Assembly (NCBI GenBank): GCA_977018835.1
Contig: OZ361256.1
Span: 6,448,001-6,512,000, forward strand
DNA: 64,000 nt
Direction: 5' to 3'
From: Minutocellus sp. GHC0000111
Lineage: Eukaryota
This document shows, one piece after another, positions 20,934-34,150 of this stretch. Position numbers and translations under genes: made by a program. The stretch's first letter is position 1, and each line of letters starts with the position of its first letter. The notes beneath the pieces were generated by a model. It was not told the origin of the DNA. It worked only from the letters and a program-made list of their open reading frames with translations, and did not search any database.

Positions 20934-21991
20934 ATGCCACGGCCGAAGGACGGGAAAATGGCGACCTCTCCAACCAAAGCCACTGCCGCTAACTCTAACA
21001 CCGCGGTATCCGAGGAGGACAACCCTTACCTTCGAATGCGGGCAGAAAAGATTGCGAGAAATCAAGCCAAACTAGCATCTTTGGGACTGCTTCGACCAAC
21101 TCCCTCTGCCACCTCATCGTCTCCGTCATCCGCGCGCCGCCCAGTGAAGAGCAAGAAGCGCCAAGCCCCTCCCAAGAAACCATCGGTGCCAGTCCGCCGA
21201 TCGGCAAGGCATGCCGGTGTTGAGGTGAATTACAAGGAATGGAGCGGAGATACAGTCAGAGCCGCCGCCATCGCCGCTTCAGCTCCCAAGAGGGCAAAGA
21301 CGGTAACAAACAATGCCTCCTCTGCCACCGCAGACCAAGTGGTTATCGACGAGGGTGCATTGCTGGCAGCGAAACAGAGCGCTGCTAGTACCACAACGAA
21401 ACCAAGCACAAAGAATACAATCATCCACGCGGGAGCCACGGTGCGCAAATATTGGGACAGGAACTCGAGTACACTGGCAAGGTGACGGTTATTGATGCCG
21501 CCGTGGAAGCATCGGCAGAGGCCAATGGCATGTCCCACACTCCAGGCGGAACTCTGTCTTTCAACAAGTTTTCTGGGATACTGGAATGGGAGAACGATGC
21601 CATGTTTCTGTTCGTGAATATAAATGCGCCAAATGCGGACGTTGTGAATGAATTCCTCGACGGCGGAAGGAAAATGACTTGGTTTGGTGGATCGCGGATG
21701 CACGACGGTACGACGTCGATTCAAAATCTCATTCGGATTGGACGAAAGGCGAGGGATGGCAAACTGACGGATGATAACGGGATTATACTGTGGGTGCGAA
21801 TGCATGACCCGAATATCAAAGGATTTACGCCCTACGCTTGTCTGGGCCGAGTGGCATACGAGAAGCATGCGCCCGGTACTAGGCCACTGGAGTTTGTGGT
21901 GAAATTACTGGACTATGAGGAGCTAATGAAGCAGGCCGGAAAGAGCAAGGGGAAAGAACCAACCTTCTTTCAAAGAGTCATTGAGATCTAG
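20934..21991 (+). CDS. Protein with N-terminal Y..R..KIARN..L.SLGL helix and C-terminal DUF3427-like (PUA/SRA-like) domain; 1-bp frameshift near 21450
   Basis: ORFs 20880-21485 and 21452-21991 join as KY-LGQELE if one T is restored; pattern LFVNI..NEFL..MTWFGG..IILWVR..YACLGRV..P.EF...L. Confidence 0.6.
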
Positions 21992-22019
21992 CTAGTAGAT
22001 TTAATGGCTTCTGCAGAGG

Positions 22020-22847
22020 CTATACAATCTCGACGAACTTATCACCAACCTTTTCTACAATGCTTCTGTTGAGGATTGTAAAGTAGCTATTGAAAGAGTC
22101 CTTACCGAACTCCCACGCAGCAAGTGCCCGGTCCGCGTCTCTCGCTTCAATAGCTGCCCGAATTTGTTGGGTCGCGAAGTATCCTTCATTGACGTAGAAG
22201 CGCGATACAAGCATCTCCCTCGATGGGCCAGAGTAATTGGGAGATGTCAGCATTGCTGTCGCAAACAGAACCATTTTGAGCAATGAATCGACAATGGGGG
22301 AGGGCAATCGATCCTTGCCGGATCCAGGATCGACCAGCACCGCCGCTTCCGCCCATGCGGGCGATTCTGGTCCGGATTTGGCCGCCCGTTGCAGGACCTT
22401 CCCCAGCTTTTCGTATTCTTGCCGGCCCAGTTCGATGTTGAAGGCATACTTCGAATACGCCGGCTGGCGTTGCTTCAGAGACACATACGTGCAGGAGTTG
22501 CCCGTCGCCTCATTCTTCGTACAGGTTCCCCATACATTCCAGGTCGGGTCATCAGCCGGCAATTGCGCCAGATCCAGCTTCCTCGGCGGTATCTTGTTGG
22601 TCATGTACCAGTAATCTTCGGCAACCAACGCCTCCTTGTTCTTCTTGCGATCTCGTCTCTCGAAGGCATAGGAGGCATCATTGTGGCTATCATCATCTGT
22701 AGGCCTGAGCGAGACAATCGCACCCGTGGCAGATCCAATGATGGTCGACAAGGCCTGTCTACGTGTGCGGCCGGTGGTCACGTCTCCCAGAGAGAGGGAC
22801 GAGACCAATGTGGCCGCAGAGGCCAATATCACGACGTGCCGTATCAT
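22020..22847 (-). CDS. Hypothetical plastid/thylakoid-lumen-type protein
   Basis: Signal peptide followed by a twin-arginine RRQAL and a hydrophobic stretch; helical C-terminus. Confidence 0.6.
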   Translation of the reverse strand: MIRHVVILASAATLVSSLSLGDVTTGRTRRQALSTIIGSATGAIVSLRPTDDDSHNDASYAFERRDRKKNKEALVAEDYWYMTNKIPPRKLDLAQLPADDPTWNVWGTCTKNEATGNSCTYVSLKQRQPAYSKYAFNIELGRQEYEKLGKVLQRAAKSGPESPAWAEAAVLVDPGSGKDRLPSPIVDSLLKMVLFATAMLTSPNYSGPSREMLVSRFYVNEGYFATQQIRAAIEARDADRALAAWEFGKDSFNSYFTILNRSIVEKVGDKFVEIV

Positions 22848-23094
22848 TGGGTTGGCGCTAGCGCTTCAAGATCTGGCCGAAAAGATTGCTCTTCAATCTG
22901 AAAATGATCCGTCCGTCGCCCGGTAAAAAGCGGGAACAGCACGAGATGCAGAAATCGTGACGTTTCTTTACCCTCAAAAGTAGGCTACCTTTCTCATCAT
23001 GCCATGCGTGTCCGTCCATCCACTGAATTGAGCAAACTCCGGCAAATTGGTTGCAAATGCGGTAGGCGTTTATTCCAGCGGAGCCAACGCGACC

Positions 23095-26000
23095 ATGGAC
23101 GACCAGGAGGCACCGCCAGCGGTGCACGGTGGCGGAGATGGCACGCCGTCGTCTGCTGCTGCGGCACCGTTTCCGCCGGCGGAGAAGGCCCTCGTCGATA
23201 CGCACCAGGAGGTCGGCGCCACCTCACCAAGCACAGCTACAGAGAAGAAGAAGAATGTCCCCGCCACCAGCACCACTGCTCCCTTTGCAGCGACTAATGC
23301 GACTGCTACTATTGACCCGTCGGATTCCGACCCAGAGAACGTCGGCATGCCCATCGAGGGCGACGAGTTGGCCTTCGATGCGTCTGGATTCTCGGGAGGT
23401 GAGTGGGCATCTTTGCTTGTAGGGATCCCTACTTGCAGACTTGCAGGCGCAGTCTCAGTGTGTTTGGCCTAGCTAGCTCTGACTCGGTCTCGACTCGACT
23501 CGATCTCACCTCATTTCTTCCACTTACCCATTCACTCATTCCCACCGCAGACCAAGAAAAGCACAATCCCACCTCCTCTTCGTCGGTACCGCCGCCGCCG
23601 TCCCCTCCCCAGTCGGCTCTGAGCATAATGAGGAGGGAGCACATGATGGAAGAAGGGGAGGGGGAGGAATTCCACCTGTCCGAAAGTGTGGTCTCCGGCA
23701 CGACCGTCAGCGGACCCGACGAGGCCGACAGCGCCACGGCCCCTCACCCTCCCGCCGGCGGGGACGGTGGAGTCGGCGCGGCCTCGCCCGGGAGGCGCCA
23801 GCGGCAGAAGGAGCGCATCAGCGGCCAAGGCTCACCACCACCGCCGCCACCTCCAGGGGGACCGTCATCATCGTCATCGTCCCAACATCATCCGGCGGGA
23901 GCACCGAGCAGCAATCGTGCCCCGCTGATCCATTCCTCGTCGGCCGCTTCGGTCGTTACGACCAACTCGGCCGTGCTCGGTGCGTTGGGTGTGTTGGACC
24001 GCTCTAGCTCTCGTCACAAGCTACACAGCAAGGGCGGTGCCGGTGGGGCTGCCGCCGGTGCCGGAAGCGGCAGCGGAGGAGGTGGTGGGCCTGGCATTGA
24101 TCACTCGCATTCCGGCGGCGGTGGTGGGAGTGCAACGCCCGGCGAAAGGGGCGGGGCCGGGGGCAGCGGCAAGGCCCGGAGGTCCTCCCGGCAGGTTTTG
24201 GATCGGCCCCGGTCGTCGTCCTGGGCCAGCTTTGACGACTACGGTGGCTACAGCTCCGGCGAGAAGAGCAATTCCGGCGGTAATGTCGTGGCCAGAAAGA
24301 AGAAGGAGAAGAAGCAGGCCAAGGAACGGGAGCGGAAGGCCCAGGTCGTGGAGAGCTTCCACCAGCATTACGGGGCCAGCCACCCCAGCGGGACCGGTGC
24401 AAGCCGCCCGCCGTCGGCTCCTCTTCCGCGTGGTGGGGCGGCAGGTACGAATGCTGGACTTTCCCATGCCAGCACCGGCAACCGACCTCCCTCGGCACCT
24501 CCTGCGCGCCAGCAGTACCATCAGCACCATCAGCATCATCAACAGCAGCAGCAGCAGCAGCAGGCTCTGTACCGGCAAGGTGGTGCTGCTACGCTTGGGT
24601 TCGACCCAACGGATGATGCTGCCGGGAGACCGACACCTCCTCCGCCTCCGCTGTCCCCAACTCAAGGCCACGCAAGCGCTCCAGGTCCAGGTCAAGGATA
24701 TCCATTCCAGTCTCAAGGTCAACCTCAGCCTCTGCAGGGTTACCCCCAGCAGGGCCAATATTTTCATCCCGCCCTGCACCAACAGCAGCAGGCACTTGCA
24801 GGTAATCCTCCCGCCGGCATTCCTCCGACCCACCAGCATCTTCCCCAAGGCTACGCCATGCCACCTTATGGATATTACCCTCAAATGGCACCGTATTATC
24901 CGAACGAAACGCCAAGTCCGCCACCAGTTCCGTCGCAAAATCCTAGCCCGGCACCTGCTTCGTCGCATAATCCTAGCCCTGCACCAGCGTCGTCGCACAA
25001 TCCCTCCCCGAATCCTTCGGCCTACTCATCCGGTGGACCGCCAAGAAACCGCAGGAGATCGGAGGAGGGTAGGAGACGCTCCGAAGAAAGTCGTCGATTC
25101 AACGGCTCAAAGCGGGGCAGTCTGGAATACAGCGAAGATTGCGTCAGCAGCAGTGACGAGGATGATGAAGGCGACGAACGTAAGGTGCCCTCCAGACGAG
25201 CAAGGGCACCAGGCCGGACGAAGCAGACATCATCATCTTCCAACACAAAAAGAAGCGGCCGTCGCCATAGCAGTGGCATTGCCGCAGCTTCTAATGTTGG
25301 TCGTCTTTCCCAAGGCCATCCGATGATGCAGCAACAGCAAAGTGGCTTTCCTCCTCAAGGCTATCCCGCTCCTATCATGGGCTTTCCTCAACAATACCAG
25401 CAAAGGCCTCATGGTGAGCACATGGTGATGCCAGGTATTTTCTTTGATTCTCAGCAGCTGCAGCAACACCAGCAGCAACAGATCCTTGCGCAACATTACC
25501 TGCAGTATCAGCAGCGAAGAGCATCGTCCGCAATCTCTCAAGAGTCTGAATCTGCTCACGTGCAACAACCGTCATATGGGTATCAGAGCTATACTCCAAC
25601 GCCTCCACTGCAGAGCGAGGAGAAAGAGGAAGAAAAGCCGATTGGCGAGCAGGCGACTGCAGCGGCTCACTACAGGAACGAGGAGTATTTCGCTTCGAAT
25701 GGACACGTCCAAAGTTCTGAGGCGGCAGTGGGATTTGCTGGAGCGAAAAAGCGGACTTCTTCAGTTTCCTTCTCAACGATTGAAATACGAAGCTATGAGA
25801 GGGTCCTTGGAGACAACCTATCCTGCTCCCACGGCCCTGCTGTGTCCATTGGATGGCAATATGAGCCTGATCCCATCACAGTGCAGCTTGATGAATACGA
25901 GTACTACCGATCAGATGACCGGCTTGACGGCACAGCCCTCGTTCTCAGTCGCTCAGAGCGAGAAGATCTACTCAGAGAGCTTGGATGTTCGCGCTCTGCC

Positions 26001-26549
26001 ATTGCCGATGCCGTGAGGACGAACGTCAAGATCAAGAATAATCGAAGGCAGACTGTCCACAATCTTCCCGTGGCAAGGTTCGAGGAGGTCGCCGAGAGTG
26101 CCCGACGAAAGTTGAAGCGCATCGTTTTGAGAAAAGGAAAGAAAGACGAAGAGTCTTCTGTCAGATATTCGAGGGCACCTATGGTTCTTCACTCAGATGA
26201 CGCACAAGTCCGCCGAAAGAGCGCTCTTCGTGGATCGAACAATGCTGCAAAAGCCACCAATAGCGGCGCCTCGGCGGTCACAGGCCCCTCTCGGAGCGCT
26301 GTGCCATCACATGTGGTAGCATACGCCGCTGTTCCACCCCCTCGGAATTTCTCGCCTGCCCCCGTTTCTTATACCAGTAGCTACGGATCCCAAGAGAGAA
26401 AGAAGAAGCCAGTTGTTGTATCCGAGGACAACTCTTTGGAACTCGGTGAAGATGAGGCTCCGTCCATGTCGGCTGATAAATCATCCACCGGACTCAGTAT
26501 CGGTACAGGTAGCATGGCCTACGATCCCCAATATGGTCAGTTTCGATGA
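23095..26549 (+). CDS. Large low-complexity (Q/P/S/G-rich) protein with a diatom-type C-terminal domain; intron 23399-23550
   Basis: GTGAGT..CCGCAG intron joins in frame; motif SVSFSTIEIRSYERVLGDN.SCS.GPAVSIGW..DEYE..R is typical of an expanded diatom family. Confidence 0.8.
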
Positions 26550-26852
26550 TTCCCCCTTCCTCTTCTGAGTAACACACATGACCCTCACTGTGGTCAGTTT
26601 AACAGGTGCCTAGTACGATCGTAGCTTTTAGAGTTTGGACGGGAACTAGGTGCCGGCACGCACACTGTTCACTTTTGTATTTTTTGCCATTTTCTTTGAA
26701 TTATTACCCAGCTTCTTACATGTGCCTTATGGAGAAGAAGTTGACGAACACTGTGACAATATTAGAACATAAATCGGGAAAAAAAACTCATCTTTAATGG
26801 AAATATATATGTCACATGACATAGTCTCGCTAGTAGTCTAGGCATCCTATGC

Positions 26853-28406
26853 TCAAGCACTAATCCCACTAGCGTGCAATTGTTCCCTCAATCGCTTGAT
26901 CTCTACATCTTTCTCGGAAACTTTTCTTTCCAGACGTTCTACGCTGATCTGCAGGTCCTTCACTAAGTTCAACAAGATGTCTCTGTCTGGACTAATGGGC
27001 AAGTTCTTCTTCATTAGATACTCGAGAATGTCTCCGCAGGACGGCCGAGATTCGACCTTATGATTGACCATGGACCGAGCCAATTCCAATGCAGTTGAAT
27101 CTAGACCCAAGTCCTCTGAAATCTCACCACTCTCTCTTATTTTGGTCAAAACCTTTATCCGCTCCATACCAGTGATGAATCCTGCAAATAACTCAATCAA
27201 GACGATACCGAGGCTGTATACGTCACACTCTCTGTCATATCTTCCTGTTGCAACCTCTGGTGCAGAGTAGAGGAGGGTCCCTACATCTGAACTCGCACTC
27301 ATAGCGTCGTGACTTGCTGTAATATCCCCTGCTTCGCTGTTACAATATGCCACGGAGCCCGCCAATGCTACACTTGCCAAACCCAAGTCCCCAATCGTCG
27401 CCAAATCATCATCCACAAAAATGTTGCTGCACTTTATGTCGCGGTGTGAGAATCCTGCTTTGTGGATTGAATTCAGGCCCTTTACGCATTGACCGAAGAG
27501 TTCCCAGCGCCTCCGTGTAGTAGCTTCAGCATCAGTATTTCCTCTGCTCATACTGGTAGCCATTTTGTGAATTTCATCGTTCAAATCATTGCCTGCATAT
27601 CCCATCAAAATATATAGACACTCGGGCATCATGCGTCGCTTCTCTCGAATGACAATGGCCTCGGTATCAATGTGTTCGGGAATGCTATTCTTATAACAAT
27701 CGACACAGAGATTAAGCGGCTGAAGGACAGATTCCAGAAGCCCCCAGTATTCGAATGACACCTCCCAGTCAACATATGTTTTATGGCACAGATTACACAT
27801 ACACTGCTGCTCAAGCTGCTGCTCATTATCTTCTTGAGATATGCTACATGCAGCATCGGTACTGGGTCTGTCAGCCCTGGCCGATGAATTCAGATAGTAT
27901 TCAGTATAAGAATCAGTTGTTTCAGCATAGCTCGATTCACCCCTCTGTAGATCTACTGTGCTCGAATCATCCTCAGCCTCGATTGTACCCCTCTCTACCC
28001 ACGCTCCGTAATATCGGACCACATGGTCGCTCTTGAGGCTGCTTAGAGCATCAACTTCCCGAAGCACTCGTTTGCACGCCTCGGTGCCAAATTGCTCGAT
28101 ACTGCCGAGCACCACGCATTTCAACGCATAGAGTCGAGAATCGACCACGTTTCGAACTAGGTGCGTGGTCCCAAAGGCACCCCTGCCCAGTGTTCGAATG
28201 TGTTGATATTCCGTCCGATGACGCAGGGTGGATGCATCGGCCACCGACGACCTGCCCCACTCCAAACTTTCGTGCTGAGAGAGCTCTATTGGGATCGCCC
28301 CGGCTGTTGATGAGGCACCCCCCAACGAGGATGCTTTGCTGCTTTCTCTGGACGGAGCCGCACTATCATTTGCGGCGGCGACATTGACATTGGGATCGCT
28401 GGGCAT
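26853..28406 (-). CDS. eIF2-alpha kinase family protein kinase (PEK/GCN2/HRI-like)
   Basis: LGRGAFG, YALK, LREV..LS.L...HVVRYY.AWVE plus long insert, LYILM, HRDIKCSNIF, IGDLGLA, VGT.LY.APE. Confidence 0.88.
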   Translation of the reverse strand: MPSDPNVNVAAANDSAAPSRESSKASSLGGASSTAGAIPIELSQHESLEWGRSSVADASTLRHRTEYQHIRTLGRGAFGTTHLVRNVVDSRLYALKCVVLGSIEQFGTEACKRVLREVDALSSLKSDHVVRYYGAWVERGTIEAEDDSSTVDLQRGESSYAETTDSYTEYYLNSSARADRPSTDAACSISQEDNEQQLEQQCMCNLCHKTYVDWEVSFEYWGLLESVLQPLNLCVDCYKNSIPEHIDTEAIVIREKRRMMPECLYILMGYAGNDLNDEIHKMATSMSRGNTDAEATTRRRWELFGQCVKGLNSIHKAGFSHRDIKCSNIFVDDDLATIGDLGLASVALAGSVAYCNSEAGDITASHDAMSASSDVGTLLYSAPEVATGRYDRECDVYSLGIVLIELFAGFITGMERIKVLTKIRESGEISEDLGLDSTALELARSMVNHKVESRPSCGDILEYLMKKNLPISPDRDILLNLVKDLQISVERLERKVSEKDVEIKRLREQLHASGISA

Positions 28407-28803
28407 TGCATGGAATCTATGGGCTACGCTGGAAACAGAATAAAACTCACTGCCTTGTGCTAAGAATAAAAATCACGCTACTAGCTAGACTATCTAGCTA
28501 GCTACGTAGTAGAGGCCGGGGAGTACGAGTGGCGTGATGGGCTTTCATCGAAAGCTTGGCGTGGGTTGGGTGCGACGCGACGCCAGACAGACTGGAATTC
28601 ATTCGCTCGGGAAGATCCAGCGATCCAGCGCGTCGCGTCACCCTGCCCTGCACTGCTACGACTCGTACGTGTACTGCAACATGGCTCATTAATCGCTTGA
28701 AGTATCGTTGTATTACTCCACGCGGGCGCGCTGAGACTTGTTTTGCCTCTTGATATTCTGCTTCGTCGCCTACTGAGTATCTCTACATCTGTCTAAAAGA
28801 AGA

Positions 28804-31800
28804 ATGGATAATCCTGGCGATGAAGCTCCAGCCGCTTCTGCTGATCCCTCGGCGAACGAACCGATAGCGATGCAGGTCGAGAACCCATCTTCCCCCGACG
28901 TTACTGCCGGAAATGGCAAGGAGGGCAACGAGGCCGATGTGTCTCCGGCAAAACCAACCTCAATGGATATCGACAGTCTTAGCACCGGGCAAACAGCTGG
29001 AAGGGTGAGCAACGCCAACGCATTCATCACGGCATCGTCCAACACATCTGCATCTGCCTCTGCATCAGCGGCTTCGGCAGCCCCAACTATTAGAACCAAT
29101 AGCAGCAGTACTCCCAGCGGCACCATTATTTATACGCACGCGTGCTTCCTCTGCTGTCGCAAGTTCACATCGTTGGAACAACTGCTAAAGCACCAAGCCA
29201 AATCCAAGCTCCACAAGACCAATCTCGAACGGGAGAAGGCTCTCAAGAAGGAGAAGGAGGAATCTGAATCGGAAAAGAAATCGGACGCGGGCCAAGATGC
29301 ACAGGCCGAGAAGGGCGAAGATTCTAGCGATGGTAGCAACCGCGATGATGATGAGGACGACGATAGTGATGTCGACAGCGAAAGCGGCGATGGTAATTCT
29401 AGTACCGCCCGATCATCCAAGCCCAAGCACAAGTCGTCAAAGAGGTCGTCGTCCAAACCCAGACGACCCAGCGTACGAAGCCGCACGGAGGGACCTGTCC
29501 AGGTATGGCGCTGCTCGTCGTGCAACGACGCCTATTTTGACACGTACGAGGAGGCCTTTGAGCACGAGGCTCGGTGCGCCAGGTGGGCTCGTCGCGAATC
29601 CTCCATGGCCGATTCCTCGTCGGAAGGTGATATGGATGACGACGACGAGGTAGATAATGAGCGGACCAAGGAACTTCGTGCCGTTGCAAGGGCCAAGGCG
29701 AAGGAAAGAGAGGCCCTGGAACAGAAAAAGTGGAAGGAGGAGGACGCCCGGCTCAAGGCCAAGGGTTTCGAGCAGGGTGGAAAGGGTGTGCCATTCAATC
29801 TTACTGCCGAGGACAAGAAGATCCTTTCGGACTACAACGGTTTCCTGTTTGAGAATATTGAAATGTTTGTTGTTGATAAAGAGTTCAACGATCAGCTTGC
29901 TGCCTCGTAAGTGAAAGTGATCGAATGCGCTATGCTTTTTCCTCGCCACGGCACATATCGGCAGGGTCTCACGCTCTCCTTGCTATTTATTTACCCACTC
30001 TCTTACTACTTTTACCTCCCAATATAACATTATGTGTTACACGGCAACGCCAGAGGCACCGGAAGCGGAAAACATCGAGCACAAGGAAGGGTAGGTTTGC
30101 GGTGTGTCCATTGCAAATATCGGCCGTATGGCGAGCGGGCAGCCTCTTCCTGTGTCTTCCCCGGCAGGCTGTCCATCTTCAGTACCCACCTTCATCAGAT
30201 AGTGTCAACTCATTTCCCGCACTGCCAGAGTCTTCCCGATGATTTTCACGAGCAAGTGAAGACGCATAAAGACAAATTGCCGATGCAGAGCTACTTGCAT
30301 GGATTTCTGGGCATCAACGCCTTTATGGAAAAGCATGGGACCGATAGATGGAATCTGGAAGAATCCACCACAACTCACGGACTTCAATTTGCTGGTACAG
30401 AGCTGGTTCTATCCGATTCTGACTCTGACAATGAGATTGCCGACGATGCAAAGAATCGAAAGGAAGCCAAATCTACTTCCGATATCTCGAGCAGCGCTAC
30501 ATCCGATGACAAAGATATCTCTACTCCTCCCACCAAGAAGCGCTCTATTAGTGGCGGTGATACGAGCTCCGAAAAGCCGAAGAAAAAGCGAGGTCGACCT
30601 AGACTTAGTGACATGGAAAAGCAACGACGAGAAGAAGAGAGGAAGGCAGGGAGGAGGGAAAGAAAGGGAAAGAAGAGGAAGAAGAAGAAGCGGAAAAAGA
30701 AGACACCAGAAGACCTCCTCCTCGAATCGATTGAAGACCAAGTTCCTTTTGGACTCAGCAAGTCCGATCCCAGGGACGCGTTTTCACCACTTCACAAGCT
30801 TCTTCGCGAAGCTACCGAGGTCTTCGTCATCCGAACCAGATATGAGGCCATCGATCTTACACCCTTTGGTGATTCCTTTTTGAAAGTAGGCTCATGTGGC
30901 CTCCGGTGCAAATTTTGTCAGGATAATTGTGTCTTTCCCGCGCATGTAGAAGACATATACAACAAGGTCCGTCGAGGTATTCAAGATCACATTAGTTCCG
31001 GCGAATGCGATGCCATGACTCCATCTCTGAAGAGGCGTTACTTTGCAGTAGAGAACGAGGCAAGATCTCCGAACATTAGCACACTTTACAGGAACCAAGC
31101 AAAGGAGGTTGGTTTGTACGATATTGGTGAGCGTGAAGGCCTCGGTTTGCGCGGTGTATCAACTGCACTAATCAACGCCAATATTGAGGGCAGCGACAGT
31201 AGTAGCAGCAGTAGCAACAATGCAAATAGTGACAGTGATGGAGAGGAGATGTCTGTTTCATCATCCTCATCAAGTGCCGAGGATGGAAGTGACAACGAGA
31301 CCGCTAAGAACGAGGTTGGCATCAATAGCACCGTCACCACCACCACCACCACCAGTGCCAGTACCAGTACCAGTACCAACAAGAAGCCAAATTCAGCTCG
31401 CAATGCCGCCGATGTCTGCAACCATCCTGGATGCAACAAATACAAGCAAGCCCGCTGCGAAGGATTTTGTATCCGGCACTACAGGGAATCGCGGGCTCTA
31501 TTTGACTCAGACCTATCATCAAGTGATGAGAAGGGCCCTAGACTATGCTCTGTTAGTGGATGTACCAAAGCCTCACGATCTGATGGCAATGGCATGTGCA
31601 GACGCCACCACACCGAATCCCTCAAGCGGAGGAACAGCAAACGAGACAAATCTCCTACCGGCGCTACTGATAGGCCAAAGGAAGCGAAAGGAGGGCGCAT
31701 TTGTTCCGTCCCAGGTTGTACCAAACTATTTCAGTACAGATGCAACGGCATGTGTTATCGCCACCATTCTGCGTCAAAAAAAGAGTCCAGCGAGGCAGGT

Positions 31801-32346
31801 CTTGAGTCTAGTAATAATTCTTCCGACGATTCATCATCGAGCTCATCTGAATCGGAAATCGAACATCCATTGGTTAGTGACCTACTGTTGCGCGACGAAC
31901 GATTGTCCATGTCGCCGTATAGACTGAAACTTCTTTCCAGCCTCCAACTGTGCTATCTTTCGCCCAAAGATGCAGCGAAGAACCACAAACGGAAGGATCT
32001 TCCTCTCGGCATGCCTGGGGTTAGATGCAAGTACTGCCACACTCAAAAAGTCTTTGGAATTGGCGACACGCTTTGGTTCAATGTAAGCAAGGGCAAGCAA
32101 AAGAGCCACCTTGATGAATGCCCTGGTATACACTACAAGCAAAAGATGCACCTGGATAGGCTCGAACGCGAGGAGGACGAGTCGGACCGATCGATCTTCT
32201 CTGCTGCAGTTCCCAAATCGCTCCGAGCGAATATTTACAAGAGAATGGTCGAGAGAGCCACGTCGGAAAAATATCTCAGCAAAAAGGCCGGGAAGAAGCT
32301 GCTCAAGACGGCCAAGGAGCGAGACAGTAGCAGCCGCAAGAGATAA
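28804..32346 (+). CDS. Multi-zinc-finger nuclear protein (C2H2, repeated GxxGLRCxxC domains, WRKY19-like C..PGC.K....G.C.RH repeats); intron 29907-30053
   Basis: CFLCCRKF....LLKH...S.LH; GRVGLRCVHC, GSCGLRCKFC, GMPGVRCKYC; GTAAGT..CCAG intron joins in frame. Confidence 0.8.
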
Positions 32347-32442
32347 TAATCATGCGATGTCAGTACGAGTTCGTATCGTGATATCTATTAGTACTAATGT
32401 TAATAGCTTAAGTTAACATCCCTTTCAATAATCCAGACCTAT

Positions 32443-32754
32443 CTACTTCCCGGGCGTATATTCTTTTTTGGAAGGCTGCATCATGCCCCATCCAATGATG
32501 AGGTCCGGACGAAAGTACTCCGGCGGCGGCAGTCGAGTCTTGTCGTCGCTAGCATCCTCCTCGAGACTTGCCATCTCCTGCAGGCGGCGGCGTTGTCGCT
32601 GGTAGTCTTGAAGAGGCGCAGCTACTGCAATCGATGTTTGGCTACCAGGCAAAAACAGCTCCTTCCGAATGTGCCTAGGATTGCCACGGAGATGTCCGTT
32701 ACAGGCAGTCAAGGATGTAGAGATTATAGCAATGGCGAGAGAGGGTAGTTTCAT
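32443..32754 (-). CDS. Small secreted hypothetical protein
   Basis: Signal peptide followed by HLRG and RRRLQ, a pro-peptide style typical of diatom secreted proteins. Confidence 0.55.
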   Translation of the reverse strand: MKLPSLAIAIISTSLTACNGHLRGNPRHIRKELFLPGSQTSIAVAAPLQDYQRQRRRLQEMASLEEDASDDKTRLPPPEYFRPDLIIGWGMMQPSKKEYTPGK

Positions 32755-32926
32755 GTCTAGCTAGAGGATACAGTTGCTCACGTAGTAAGAAATGTGTACG
32801 TCGTAGAGTATCTATCTAAAGGACTGTTCGGCACTACAGCCAGCCAGCCGACCCATCAAGTTTGGCATCAAGATGACTCATTTTGCATTTGGGAAAAATG
32901 TTCATCACTGATTAATTACTGTAGAT

Positions 32927-34087
32927 CTACCACTCTGCCACCTTCATATTGCTAAAGAATTCACCCGATGGACAATTTTCCATTGTCGCAGGAAGAACTG
33001 CATTAAGAGCTCCTTCCTCGGGTGGCCTTGGGCCTTTGTGACTGGTCATATCTGTATCACAGTAGCCAGGGCAGCAACAATTTACCTTGATTCCATTCAC
33101 CGCTTCTTCCCGTGCCATTATCTTTGTAGCGGCAATCAGAGCTAGCTTGCTCAAGCCGTAATTCGAATTGCCCCAACCCTTCTCGGAATGTCTTCCTGCC
33201 ATAACATCCGCCTCAAACTCATCAACCAATTCCTTGATCCTGTTCATGGTCAACGCCCGAGATGTGATTTCACTCCGTAATTCAGCCGATCGGATCTGCG
33301 ATAAATGTCCAGACATGCTAGCTACGTTGACAATCCTGGCGTCAGTTCCCTTCCTCAATAGTGGAAGGAGCGTTTCCGTCAGATCGACCGTGCCTCGAAA
33401 GTTGATATCAACCGTTGGCTTGCATTGCTGAGCAAATGGCGTGGGATCTGCACCCTTGAAAGCAAAGCCGGCATTATTCACCAGGCAGTCGAGCTTGCCG
33501 TACTGATCCTCCACGGCTTGGCGGAATTGCTCGTGACTTGCCTCATCCCCTACAGTGAGAGGTAGGTACTTGATCTCGGTTGTTGGTGCAATCTTTCCTT
33601 TGCCCCGTGCCAGGATATCCGAGACGGCTTGCTGTCCTCGGGTGGAATCTCTACACCCAAGTAAAACCGAACTAAAGAGTCCCGACGTTGCCAAATGAAG
33701 TGCTGGGAGATAGCAAGACAGCAAAGAATTGGGAAGTACGATCGTGGCGTCAAAAAAAGATTTTGGCTCTCTGATGACAATCTTACGAATTTCTGAAGCA
33801 CCGGGCGGGAAATAGTAATATCCTCTTATTACGTCTCACTCACCTATGAAGAATCCCACCCCCTTGTTTGCTCCTGACACGGCGGCCACTCTACCAGTGG
33901 ACGCAGCAAACGCAACGCAGCCGTACTCGTAGTTGGCGACATCATCGTCGGAATCGGATGTGATGGCGGATGGCGCGGCGGTCTCTTGCTTCGCAGGATT
34001 CGGCGAAATCTCGACTTCGGCGAAGTTAAGTTTGACAATGGCCGGCAGGCTCGCACGAAGCTCCATCACAGGCCGCTCATTTTCCAT
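32927..34087 (-). CDS. Carbonyl reductase (CBR1-like SDR); intron 33703-33843
   Basis: VSGANKGVGF, LVNNAG, YGLSK, NCCCPGYCDTDMTSHKG; the intron restores FI-ALHLA; start codon uncertain. Confidence 0.88.
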
Positions 34088-34150
34088 CGAGGACGAATAC
34101 CTCCGTACTTACTGCCTGAGCAGAGTGGTATCCCGATCCCTCCCTTCAGC

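Noticed and set aside
24915..25020. 30-bp tandem repeats as a CRISPR-like array
   Set aside because: In-frame coding repeats (NPSPAPASSH) with no spacers, in a eukaryotic gene.
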